DNA of 64,000 nt, taken from an uncultured Chloroflexia bacterium. GTDB lineage: Bacteria; Chloroflexota; Limnocylindria; Limnocylindrales; CSP1-4. Both the position numbers and the translations under genes were made by a program. The stretch lies in NCBI GenBank assembly GCA_963833225.1, contig CAWHXD010000019.1, forward strand, positions 512,001 to 576,000. Reading direction: 5' to 3'. Numbering within the stretch: the first letter of the stretch is position 1; each line of letters opens with the position of its first letter. This document shows positions 12,846 to 24,124 of the stretch, in pieces. A model generated the notes under the pieces. That model worked only from the letters and a program-made list of their open reading frames with translations. It was not told the DNA's origin and made no database searches.

Positions 12846-14054
12846 ATGACTCGTAGCGAACCTGGTCGGAGCCCCGCCGCCGGGGCGACCAACGCCCTTG
12901 ACCAACTGATCTTCGAACGGCGCATCAGCCGACGGCAGTTCCTGGGTGCCGCGGCCCTGGGATCCGCCTCGCTCGTGCTCGCGGCATGTGCGCCGACCGG
13001 CGCCTCGCAGGCACCAGCGGCCTCCACTGGTGGGACCACCGCTCCGGGCGGCGAGCCGGCCGCCAGCGCGAACCTCGGCGACACGCTCAACCTCGCGACC
13101 TGGCCCGGATACCACGACCCGGCCGATCTCCAGGCGTTCACCGATCTCACCGGGGTCGCCGTGAACATGCAGGTCTACGGCTCGACCGAGGAGATGGAGG
13201 CCAAGATCCGGGCGGGCAACTCCGGGATCGACGTGGTCGTCCCCAGCAACTATGCCGTCGAGGGCTGGGTCAACGATGGCCTGATCATGCCGCTCGACTA
13301 TGCGAAGATTCCGGGCTTCAACCGCGCCGATTGGAGCGACCGGTTCATGGACCAGTCGTTTGATCCCGGCAACAAGTTCACGATCCCCAAGAACTGGGGG
13401 ACCACGGGCATCGCCTACCGGTCCGTGAAGGTCAGCGAGGACATCACCTCGTGGAAGCAGTTCTTCGACCTCGCCGGTACCACGTACGCGGGGCGAGCCG
13501 TCATCGTGGACCACCAGATCTCGTCGATCGGCTCGGCAGCGGTGGCCATGGGTTACAGCCTCAACGCGAGCGCCCCGGATGAGCTGGCGGCGATCGAGAA
13601 GATGCTCACGGACCTCAAGCCCAAGCTGTACGCGATCACCAGCGACGTCCAGCCACCACTCCGGAACCTCGACTCGCTGCTGTCGATCGCCTGGACCGGC
13701 GACGGGCTACAGGTCAATCGCGACAACCCGGATGGCCGGTACGTCGTGGCCTCCGACGGCGGCGAGCTTTGGATCGACTCGTACTCGGTCGCCGCAGATG
13801 CGCCGCACAAGGACGCCGCGTACGCGTTCCTCGACTTCATCCTTAAGCCCGAGATCGCCGCCAAGGAGACGGCGTTCTGCCTCTATCCCCACGCGAACAA
13901 CAAGGCGACCGCGCTGCTCCCGGCCGAGGTCCGCGACAACCCGATCATCTACCCGTCACCGGACCAGCTGACCAAGCTCGAATACGCTTCGAGCGCGACC
14001 TACAACAGCCCCGAGCGCGCCGAAATGTGGGCGCGCATCAAGGCCTCGTCCTAG
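12846..14054 (+). CDS. potD: PotD/PotF-family substrate-binding Tat lipoprotein
   Basis: SRRQFLG Tat motif, LAAC lipobox, DVVVPSNY, WGTTGI, WTGD and GELWID. Confidence 0.85.
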   Translation: MTRSEPGRSPAAGATNALDQLIFERRISRRQFLGAAALGSASLVLAACAPTGASQAPAASTGGTTAPGGEPAASANLGDTLNLATWPGYHDPADLQAFTDLTGVAVNMQVYGSTEEMEAKIRAGNSGIDVVVPSNYAVEGWVNDGLIMPLDYAKIPGFNRADWSDRFMDQSFDPGNKFTIPKNWGTTGIAYRSVKVSEDITSWKQFFDLAGTTYAGRAVIVDHQISSIGSAAVAMGYSLNASAPDELAAIEKMLTDLKPKLYAITSDVQPPLRNLDSLLSIAWTGDGLQVNRDNPDGRYVVASDGGELWIDSYSVAADAPHKDAAYAFLDFILKPEIAAKETAFCLYPHANNKATALLPAEVRDNPIIYPSPDQLTKLEYASSATYNSPERAEMWARIKASS

Positions 14055-14057
14055 CCG

Positions 14058-14948
14058 ATGCAGGCGGAGCTCGCCGCCCGGTCGCGGCAACGGGGAGCCA
14101 GGGGGCGGCAGCGCGTGCTCGCCCTCCTGCTCTTCCCGTCCGCCCTGTGGTACGCGCTGTTCCTCCTCGCGCCGCTCGTCGTCCTGGCGGTCGTCTCGTT
14201 CGGCGTCAGGTCGCCGAATGGCGGCTATCAGCCGGCCTTCTCATTCGACCAGTACTTCCACCTCGCGACCAGGCTGACCCCGATCGTCAACACGGTCGTG
14301 CTCGGCTTCGCGGGCACGGCCGGATGCCTGCTGGTCGCGTATCCGCTCGCCTACGCCGTCACCTCTCGGGGTGGCTCCTGGAAGACGGTCCTCATGGCGC
14401 TCATCGTGATTCCCATGTGGACCAGCTTCCTGATCCGGACCTACGCTTGGATGTTCATCCTTGGTTCGAACGGGATCCCGAAGCTCCTCGGATACCTCGG
14501 CTTCGGTGACATCCAGCTCCTCAACACCCCGTTTGCCGTGGTCCTTGGCATCGTCTACAACTACCTGCCGCTGATGGCTCTTCCCATCTACGTCAGTCTC
14601 GAGCGGCTTGACCGGTCGCTTCCCGAAGCTTCCCGCGACCTTGGCGCCGGCTCGTTGGCCACCTTCCGGCAGGTGACCTTCCCGCTGTCGGCTCCGGGCG
14701 TGATCAGCGGCTGCCTGCTCGTGTTCATCCCCGCCATGGGCGAGTACCTCATTCCCGTTCTCCTCGGGGGCGGCAAGACCTACTTCCTCGGCAACGCCCT
14801 GGCGGACCTCTTCCTCCAGTCGCGGGACTGGCCGTTCGGATCGGCCCTCGCGACTGCCTTCGTCCTGGTGATGGTCGTCGTGGTTGCGCTGTACACGTGG
14901 GCGACCCGTCGGCTGTCCAGTCCGGGCCGGGAGGGCGGGCTCCTGTGA
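14058..14948 (+). CDS. potB: PotB-like ABC permease
   Basis: PMWTSFLIRTYAW, EASRDLGA loop and multiple TM helices. Confidence 0.88.
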   Translation: MQAELAARSRQRGARGRQRVLALLLFPSALWYALFLLAPLVVLAVVSFGVRSPNGGYQPAFSFDQYFHLATRLTPIVNTVVLGFAGTAGCLLVAYPLAYAVTSRGGSWKTVLMALIVIPMWTSFLIRTYAWMFILGSNGIPKLLGYLGFGDIQLLNTPFAVVLGIVYNYLPLMALPIYVSLERLDRSLPEASRDLGAGSLATFRQVTFPLSAPGVISGCLLVFIPAMGEYLIPVLLGGGKTYFLGNALADLFLQSRDWPFGSALATAFVLVMVVVVALYTWATRRLSSPGREGGLL

Positions 14949-15913
14949 GCCGCGCCCCGACGCGCCGTCTCCTCGCCGGACTGTCCGGGGATCGCTTCTG
15001 GACGATCGCCGAGCGACTGGGTGACCGGCTCCTCCGGTCCTACGCGGGCATGGTCTACGTGTTCCTGTTCGCGCCGATCGCCGTGGTCGTGATCTTCAGC
15101 TTCAACTCCGGGCGGAGCGCCACCGATCTGGTCGGGTTCTCGACCCGCTGGTTCATCACCGCATGGAGCGACCAGTTCGTGCTCAGGGCGCTCAAGAACA
15201 GCCTCGTCATCGCCACCAGTTCCGCCGTGCTCGCGACGGTCGGCGGCACGCTCGCGGCACTCGCCATGCCGGCCGTCGGTCGGCGGACGCGCGGCGTGTT
15301 CGAGCAGCTCACCTACGTCGCCATCATCGTCCCCAGCATCGTGATCGGGATCGCCACCCTGATCTTCCTGGTCACGGTATTTGGCTGGCTCAACGCGTGG
15401 CTTGCCTACCTCGTCCCCGCGCACCCCCCGCGGCTCGGCCTGGGCGTGCACAGCATCATCGGCGCCCATACCCTATTCGCCATGGCCCTCGTCAACGTCC
15501 TCGTAAGGACACGCATGCGATCAATGGACCGGACGCTGACCGAGGCCTCCGAGGACCTGTACGCGACCCCCTGGCGGACCTTCGTGGAGATCACGCTGCC
15601 GCAGCTCCTGCCTGCGATCCTCGCAGGGTCCCTGCTGGCATTCACCTTCAGCTTCGACGACTTCATCATCGCGTTCTTCACCAGCGGCCAGGACCAGACG
15701 CTCCCGATCTTCCTGTTCTCGTCCATCCGACGCGGCGTGACACCGGAGGTGAACGCGATCGCCTCGTCGCTCCTCGTCGTGACGATCTCCCTGCTGCTGG
15801 TTGCCGGGCTGCTCCTCCGCGGCCGCAGTCGGAAAGCCCCCGAAGACACCCCGGACGCGGTGGAATCATCCAGCGACGCGGGGTCCGACCGCCCGGGATC
15901 CGCCGCGCCGTGA
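14945..15913 (+). CDS. potC: PotC-like ABC permease
   Basis: FSFN...GFSTRWF, EASEDLYA, FTFSFDDF and GVTPEVNAI. GTGA overlap. Confidence 0.88.
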   Translation: MSRAPTRRLLAGLSGDRFWTIAERLGDRLLRSYAGMVYVFLFAPIAVVVIFSFNSGRSATDLVGFSTRWFITAWSDQFVLRALKNSLVIATSSAVLATVGGTLAALAMPAVGRRTRGVFEQLTYVAIIVPSIVIGIATLIFLVTVFGWLNAWLAYLVPAHPPRLGLGVHSIIGAHTLFAMALVNVLVRTRMRSMDRTLTEASEDLYATPWRTFVEITLPQLLPAILAGSLLAFTFSFDDFIIAFFTSGQDQTLPIFLFSSIRRGVTPEVNAIASSLLVVTISLLLVAGLLLRGRSRKAPEDTPDAVESSSDAGSDRPGSAAP

Positions 15914-16674
15914 CCGCTGCGCCCCTTCCGCGTCGGCGTCCCCTCCAGGCGGATATCGTCCGCGACGGCCTCCGCCGGGCGATCCTGGCAGGCGAGTTCC
16001 CAACCCGCTCGATCCTCCCCAACGAAGCGCAGCTGGGCGATCGGTTCACGGTCAGTCGAGCGACAATCCGTGAGGCGGTGCGCGGCCTGGTCGAAGAGGG
16101 CTACCTCGTGCGGCGCCAAGGGTCGGGCACCTACGTCACCGAGCGGCCGCTCCTCCGCAACTCGCTCGACGTCAACTTCAGCTACACCGCGTATCTCGAG
16201 AGCCTGGGCATCCGCGCCACCCGTCTCGTCCTCGGCATCTCACGGCGTGCGGCTGGACAGGCGGTCGCCGAGCAGCTGCGGCTCCCGGTGAACGAGGCGG
16301 TGGTCGAGGTCCGCCGCGTCCGGACCGCAGACGATCGCCCGGCGATCTACTCCATCGACGTGCTCCCCCAGGACGTCGTCGCCGACGCGGGCGACGAGGT
16401 CTTCGGAGGATCGCTCTATGCCTTCCTCGACCGAGTCGGCCACCGGGTCGCCCACGGCGAGGCAATCCTCGCCCCGGCCCAGGCTGACGAGGGGCTCGCG
16501 CGCGTCCTCGACGTCGCCCCGGGAACGCTCCTCCTCCACGTGGAGCAGGTGGACGTGGACGTGACCGGGAGGAGGGTGATGCTCTCGCGGGAGTGGCATG
16601 TGCCGTCTGTCATCGAGCTTCGCTGCTTCCGCCGCGGTCCGGGTTCCTCGGTCGCCAACGATCTCGGGGGATAG
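15910..16674 (+). CDS. GntR family (HutC/UTRA) transcriptional regulator
   Basis: LPNEAQL...VSRATIREA...RRQGSGTYV winged HTH followed by a UTRA-like domain (GSLYAFL). Confidence 0.92.
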   Translation: MTAAPLPRRRPLQADIVRDGLRRAILAGEFPTRSILPNEAQLGDRFTVSRATIREAVRGLVEEGYLVRRQGSGTYVTERPLLRNSLDVNFSYTAYLESLGIRATRLVLGISRRAAGQAVAEQLRLPVNEAVVEVRRVRTADDRPAIYSIDVLPQDVVADAGDEVFGGSLYAFLDRVGHRVAHGEAILAPAQADEGLARVLDVAPGTLLLHVEQVDVDVTGRRVMLSREWHVPSVIELRCFRRGPGSSVANDLGG

Positions 16675-17485
16675 TCACCCCGCCAGCAGGGGTCGAACGA
16701 AGGCGGCGGCCTGCCGCACCCCCTCCTCCGCGGGCTGGTAGGGATCCTCCTTCTCGATGCTCAGGATGCCGCCGTAGCCCACGGCTTTCAAGCCCGCGAC
16801 GAACGCCGCCCAGAACTCCGCACCGTGCCCGACGCCGACGGTCCGAAGTTCCACGCCCGCTCGTCCGGGTGCTCGAACGAACGTCCGTCCAGGACGCCGG
16901 CCAGGGCGACACCTGGTCGGGGACGAGCTGGGTGTCCTTGAGGTGGACGTGGTAGACCGCGTCGCCGAGTGCCCGGATGACCGCCAGCGGGTCCATCTGC
17001 TGCCAGAACAGGTGGGACGGATCGAGATTGGCGCCGATGATCGGCCCGACCTCCTCGCAAATCCGCAGCAGCGTCGGGACGTTGTACACGAGGTGGAGCG
17101 GGTGCAGCTCGAAGGCGATCCTGGTGACGCCGGCGTCCTGGGCGCGGCGCGCGATCCGTCGCCACAGGGTGCTGGCCTCGTCCCACTGGCGCTCGCGCAA
17201 CGCGACGGCGTCAGCGGGCCACGGGTACCAGACCCAGCTGATCGTGCTCGACCCGGGGCCGTCACCCGGGCACCCGGACATGGTGACGATCGTCGAGACG
17301 CCGATCCGGGCCGCAAGCTCGATCGTCGACAGGATGATCGCCTCGTGCGCCTTGTCGTGTTTGGGATGCATGACCCAGGACGAGCAGTTCAGGGCCTCGA
17401 TCCGGAGGGCTCGCGACTTGAAGGCCCGCAGGAATGTGTCCATGGCGCGAGAATCCGCGAGCAGATGGTCAATCTGCAGGTGAGG
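16675..17485 (-). pseudogene. Sugar phosphate isomerase/epimerase (AP endonuclease 2 barrel), missing its N-terminus, with further frameshifts near 16905 and 16845
   Basis: PHLQID...MSGCPGD...FELHP...NLDPSHLFWQ..YHVHLKD...RTVGVGH...LSIE. There is no start of its own; it is joined out of frame to the upstream oxidoreductase stub. Confidence 0.75.
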
Positions 17486-17711
17486 TATCGACGAGGTCCA
17501 CGTCGGGAAGTTCCAGGAGCCCGGCGTAATCTCGGAAGGCTCCGCTCTCGGCCAATCCAGTGAGCGCACGCGCCTCGGCGAGGCGTTCAGGCACGAGGTC
17601 AGCAACGGCGACCACCCGGATGCGATCAGATCGCTGGTGATTGGCCGGCAGGTGGGAGTGGATTGCCGCATTGCCGCACCCGATCACCCCGACGCCGATC
17701 GTTCGCCTCAC
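17469..17711 (-). pseudogene. Gfo/Idh/MocA oxidoreductase N-terminal stub
   Basis: IGVGVIGCGNAA..H...VVAVAD...DY..LLE.PDVDLVD is the NAD-binding start only; it stops after about 80 aa. Confidence 0.75.
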
Positions 17712-17769
17712 GCCAGCTCCCTCCGGTTCGCCTCCTCAGCGAGGCCGTTGCCGATCGTTCGACGTGGGA

Positions 17770-18277
17770 TCCGGTCCCGCGCTGGCCCCCCGCATCCACC
17801 CTGCGGATGAACCCGATCAGCCCCTCGAACCAGGTCTGCTCGTCATCCCACATCGCCATGTGGCTCCCGTTCGGGCACAGCAGGAACTCGCCCCGCGGAA
17901 CCGCCCGGCCATCATCTCCATGAACGCCGGGTCCATCGTGTCGTGGGTCGCGCCGATGACCAGCGTGGGCACGGTGATCGACCCCAGGTCCTCCGTCCGG
18001 TCCCACTCGACCAGGCGCCCGGAGAGCCCGAGCTCGCTCGGACCCTGCATCAGGACGCAGACCGCCTGGTTGATGTGCTCGAACGTGCGGTTCACGGCAT
18101 CCGGCCACGTCTCGGGTGGCATCCGCAGGACGTGGTGGACGTAGTGCTGCTCCATCAGCAGCTCCATGTACCGCGGGTCCTCGGTCCCGTCGACGGCCTC
18201 GAGCCGCCTGGCCTCGGCCAGCGCGGCCGGGTCCACACGCGAAACTCGCCCTTGGGAGTCTGGATCGGGATCATCAT
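17770..18277 (-). pseudogene. Proline iminopeptidase-family hydrolase with a large internal deletion
   Basis: N-terminal MMIPIQTPKGEFRVWTR is joined out of frame to DPAALAEARRLE...MQGPSE...WDR...HDTMDP...GSHMAMWDD. The GxSWGG nucleophile region is absent, and there is another frameshift near 17900. The 3' end is approximate. Confidence 0.75.
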
Positions 18278-18468
18278 CGTTCGTCGTTGGTCACGTCGGC
18301 TGCGCTCCTCGGGCTGGGTTCAGGTGACCGGGGGATCGTACGCCCCGGTCACGTTCTACCACGACCCTGTGCGTGGAGCGTGATCCTGCATCAACCCGCG
18401 GGCGACGCACCGGCAGCCTGACGGACCCGCGGACTGGCGGACTCCTCGCGTAGCCGACCTTCGGTGAC

Positions 18469-20448
<1,980 letters not shown>

Positions 20449-20505
20449 CTGCGGGTCCCCATCGAGTGGCCGGATCCGTCCGGGCTGTGAGCGGCGGCAA
20501 CGGTA

Positions 20506-20736
20506 TCAGTTGAGGTCCCGATCCTCGTGGACAGGGCGCCCGAGGCGATCGGCAGCGTCCGGGAGCCGGCCGCCGTGGATCACCACGATGGGCGCCTCAC
20601 CGCCCGCGTCCGAACGGGGATCGCCCGCGAGCACGGGGAGATCCGCCGGCCCGCCCGGCTCCAGCACCTCGCCCAGCGGCTGGTCGCCACCCGGCAGGAT
20701 CGTGACCCCGGTCAGCAACGTGTATTCGTGAATCAC
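20506..20736 (-). pseudogene. Internally deleted duplicate of the 23743-24048 mini-amidohydrolase-like gene
   Basis: HEYTLLTG.TILPGGDQ|PLGEVLEPGGPADL.VLAGDPR matches the 24048 copy minus 41 codons, and the upstream sequence is shared. Confidence 0.65.
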
Positions 20737-20768
20737 GCAGGACAGGCTACGCCGTCGCGCGCCCGCAA

Positions 20769-20839
20769 GCTCGCCGCGCGCTCGCTCGCCGCGCGCTCGC
20801 TCGTCGTGCGCTCGCTCGTCGTGCGCTCGCTCGTCGTGC
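20769..20839. repeat. 15-bp tandem repeat (GCTCGCTCGYCGYGC), about 4.7 copies
   Basis: Directly visible tandem units in the intergenic region. Confidence 0.9.
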
Positions 20840-20900
20840 GGGAGGGCCCCCTTACCACCGGTCTATTGCACGGTTGGGTTGGTCCTGCGAATCTCGTCGC

Positions 20901-23710
20901 GTGCGATTGCTCCCCTGGGCCGGGAGCCCGTGTCCGGGCACCGGTCCATCGCGCCGATTCAGCCTGACGCTGCCCTCCATCGTGGTGGCGTACGTCCTCG
21001 TTGCCGCCGCCTGGATCCTGGTCAGCGACCAGGTTGTCCGCTGGATCTTCGCGGACCCTGACATGCTGACCGCAGCCGCGACGCTCAAGGGCTGGGTCTT
21101 CGTGGCCGTCACCACGGGGCTGCTCGTGATCCTGCTGGCCCGTTACGAGCGCGAGCGCGAGCACCAGCGGGCCGCGCTTGCCGAGCGGGAGCGCACCTTC
21201 CGGCTGTTGGCCGAGCGCGCTCGAGACGTGATCTTCCGGTTCCGGGTGGCTCCGGACCTGGGGGTCGAGTACGTGAGTCCCTCGGTTGAGACGGCGCTCG
21301 GGTATCGGCCGGAGATGCTCATGGGCAACCCCGCGTTCGTCGCCAGTCTCATCCACCCCGACGATCCGCCGCTCGTCTCGGCCGACGCGGTAAGCATCCC
21401 GGACGGAGCGCTGGTCGTGGTCAGGCTTCACGCAGCCGACGGTCGATGGGTGCCGTTCGAGGTCAACATAGGCCGCCCGCCCGCGAGCGAGTCGGGCACG
21501 GTTACGGTGGAGGGCGTGGCACGCGACATCTCCGAGCGCCGGCAGGCCGAGGATGAGTTGCTCCGTCTGAACCGGGTGCGGCGGATGATGGCCGAGGTCA
21601 ACCGGAGCCTCGTTCGCGCGACCACCGAGCCGGAGCTGCTCGACGCGATCTGTCGGGCGGTGGTCGACGAGGGGACGTTCCGGTTCGCCTGGGTTGGGCT
21701 GATCGACCCGGAGACTGGGCGGTCGGTGCCCAGGGCTCACGCGGGCCACGAGGCGGGCTACCTGACCGCCGACGCCGGGAACACGGGTCCGCGCAAGCGG
21801 GCTCCGGGGCCGGTCGCCCGCTCCCTTGCGGAGGGCCGTCCGATCACGGTCTCCGACATCGCGTCGGATCCGATGATGGCACCCCGACGCGAGGACGCCC
21901 TCGCCCGTGGCTATGCATCCATGGCCTCCCTGCCGCTCATCGGTCGTGCCGGCCTGCTGGGCACGATGGCGATCTACGCGAGCGAGCCGAATGCATTCGA
22001 GCTGCGGGATGTCGAATTGCTGCGCGAGCTCGCAGCGGATCTCGCGTTCGGGATCGAGACGCTGCGCGACCGCGGGGCCCACGAGGCGGGCGCGGCGCTG
22101 CGCCGGCGCCTGGCGACGGCGGTCGAGCAGTCCCACGAGTCGATCGTCATCACGGACGCGGACGCCCGGATCCAGTACGTCAACCCCAACTTCGAGCGCC
22201 TCACCGGATACGCGAGCCAGGACGTGCTCGGCAAGAACCCGAGGATCCTGCAGAGCGGCGTCCAGTCGGAGGCCTTCTATGCCTCGATGTGGGAGTCGCT
22301 CCGGGCGGGTCGGCCGTGGGTTGGCGATCTCGTAAACCGGCTCCGCAACGGCGACCTGTACATCGAGGAGGCCGTGATCTCGCCCGTGCACGACGAGGCG
22401 GGGATGATCACCGGTTACGTCGCGGTGCAACGCGACGTCACGGACGAGCGCGCGACCGAGGAGCGCGCGCAGACCCAGGCACGGGAGCGAGCGCTGATCG
22501 CGGACGCGCTCGCGGCCCTCGGGCCCGAAGACACCGCCGAGCAGACGGCGGCCGCGATCTGTCGGCAGCTGGCCCGAATGCCCGAGGTGTCCGTCTCCTG
22601 GTTGCTGGCGTTCGATCCCTCCGGGGGAGCTCGGGTCCTGGCCGGCATCGAACGGGACGGCCACGTCTGGGCAGCAAGACTGCCCCGCGAGGAGCAGGCG
22701 GCACACCTGTTGGAGAGCGCCGCGCTGGGCCCGTGGGTGGAGCCGTGGCCGACGGACGGAGGCCCGCTGGCGCGGGACCCGGACGCTGATCTCCCGCCTA
22801 TCCGCCACGCCGCCTACGCCCCGATCCGCGTGGAGGGCGAGGTGGTTGGACTGCTCGGGATCGGAACGGCCGACGGCAGCGGCGGTTCATCGCTGACCGA
22901 GCGCCTGCCCGCCCTTGCCGAGTTCGCCGGGATCGCGGGAGTCGTGCTCGGCCCGTCGCTCTCCCATCGGACTGCGGGCGCCGCTTCCCTCGCACGGATT
23001 CGCTCCGTGCTCGACACCGGGGCGTTCCTCCCGGTGTTCCAGCCGATCGTCGATATCGTCCGCGGCGAGGTCCTGGGGGTCGAGGCCCTCACCCGCTTCG
23101 CCGACGGAACGCCTCCGGACCTGGCGTTCCTCGAAGCCGCGCGAGCGGGCCTCGGTCTCGAGCTGGAGCTTGCGACGGCAACGGCGGCCCTAGCCGCCGC
23201 GCGCGACCTGCCGCCCGGATCCAGCTCAGCGTGAACGTGTCGCCCACGCTGGTCATTGCCGACGGCGCCATCGGCAGCCTGCTGCGGACGGCGGCCCGGG
23301 AGCGGCCGATCCTGCTCGAAGTCACCGAGCACGAAGAGATCGGGGACTACGCGGCGTTCAGGGGCGCGGTCGCCGCACTCGGCCCGGGCGTCCACCTTGC
23401 CGTGGACGATGCCGGCGCCGGGTTCGCCAGCATGCGCCACATCCTGGAGTTGCGACCCAGCCTTGTGAAGGTGGACCGATCGCTGATCGCCGGCATCGAT
23501 CGCGACTCGGCCCGCCAGGCTCTCCTTGTGGGGTTCCAGCACCTCACCCGATCCATCGGCTGCGAGCTCCTCGCCGAGGGGATCGAGACGGAGGGCGAGC
23601 TCGAATCGCTCCGCTCGGCCGGACTCACGCTAGGGCAGGGCTACCTGCTCGGCCGTCCGGCCCCGATCGCAGAGGTGCGGCTGGATCCGCTCGTCGGCCG
23701 CGGGGGGTAG
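20901..23710 (+). CDS. Membrane PAS-GAF-PAS-GAF-EAL c-di-GMP phosphodiesterase; apparent frameshift near 23225
   Basis: Two N-terminal TM helices (LKGWVFV), PAS/GAF domains and FQPIVD..GVEALTRF. In the next frame: NVSP, EVTE, AVDDAGAG, KVDRS, AEGIE and GQGYL. Start approximate. Confidence 0.88.
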
Positions 23711-23742
23711 TGCTGCACCGGCCAGCGCGGGGCTCCGGGCCG

Positions 23743-24048
23743 TCAGGCGTCGGCGTGTCCCCGGCGGAACACGGCCAGCGCATCAGGAGGGCTCCCGTTG
23801 TCGCGCGGATCGCCCGCGAGGACCACGAGATCCGCCGGCCCGCCCGGCTCCAGCACCTCGCCCAGCGGCACCACGAACGCGCCCCGGAACTCGATGACGT
23901 GCGAGTCGCCCCGGGAGATTGCCCGCACCTGTGCCTCGGAGCCGAGGGCGAGGACCGTCCCCTGGGCCCACGCGATCGCCTCGCACGGCGCCTGGTCGCC
24001 GCCCGGCAGGATGGTGGCGCCGGTCAGCAGCGTGTACTCGTGCGTCAT
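23743..24048 (-). CDS. Small protein made only of the beta-sandwich segments of a metal-dependent amidohydrolase (no catalytic barrel)
   Basis: LLTGATIL...EAIAW..G.VLALGSEA.V.......VIEFRGAFVVP runs directly into LGEVLEPGGPADLVVLAGDP. A TAGCCT -10 box lies 7 nt before the ATG. Confidence 0.65.
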   Translation of the reverse strand: MTHEYTLLTGATILPGGDQAPCEAIAWAQGTVLALGSEAQVRAISRGDSHVIEFRGAFVVPLGEVLEPGGPADLVVLAGDPRDNGSPPDALAVFRRGHADA

Positions 24049-24124
24049 GCGAGACAGGCTACGCCGTCGCGCGTCGGCCGGCGCGCCAGACGGCCACGGA
24101 CTTCGTGCATGATGGCGCGCACCG

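Noticed and set aside
20769-20839. 15-bp repeats as CRISPR repeats or iterons
   Set aside because: This is a simple tandem low-complexity repeat with no spacers and no rep gene nearby.
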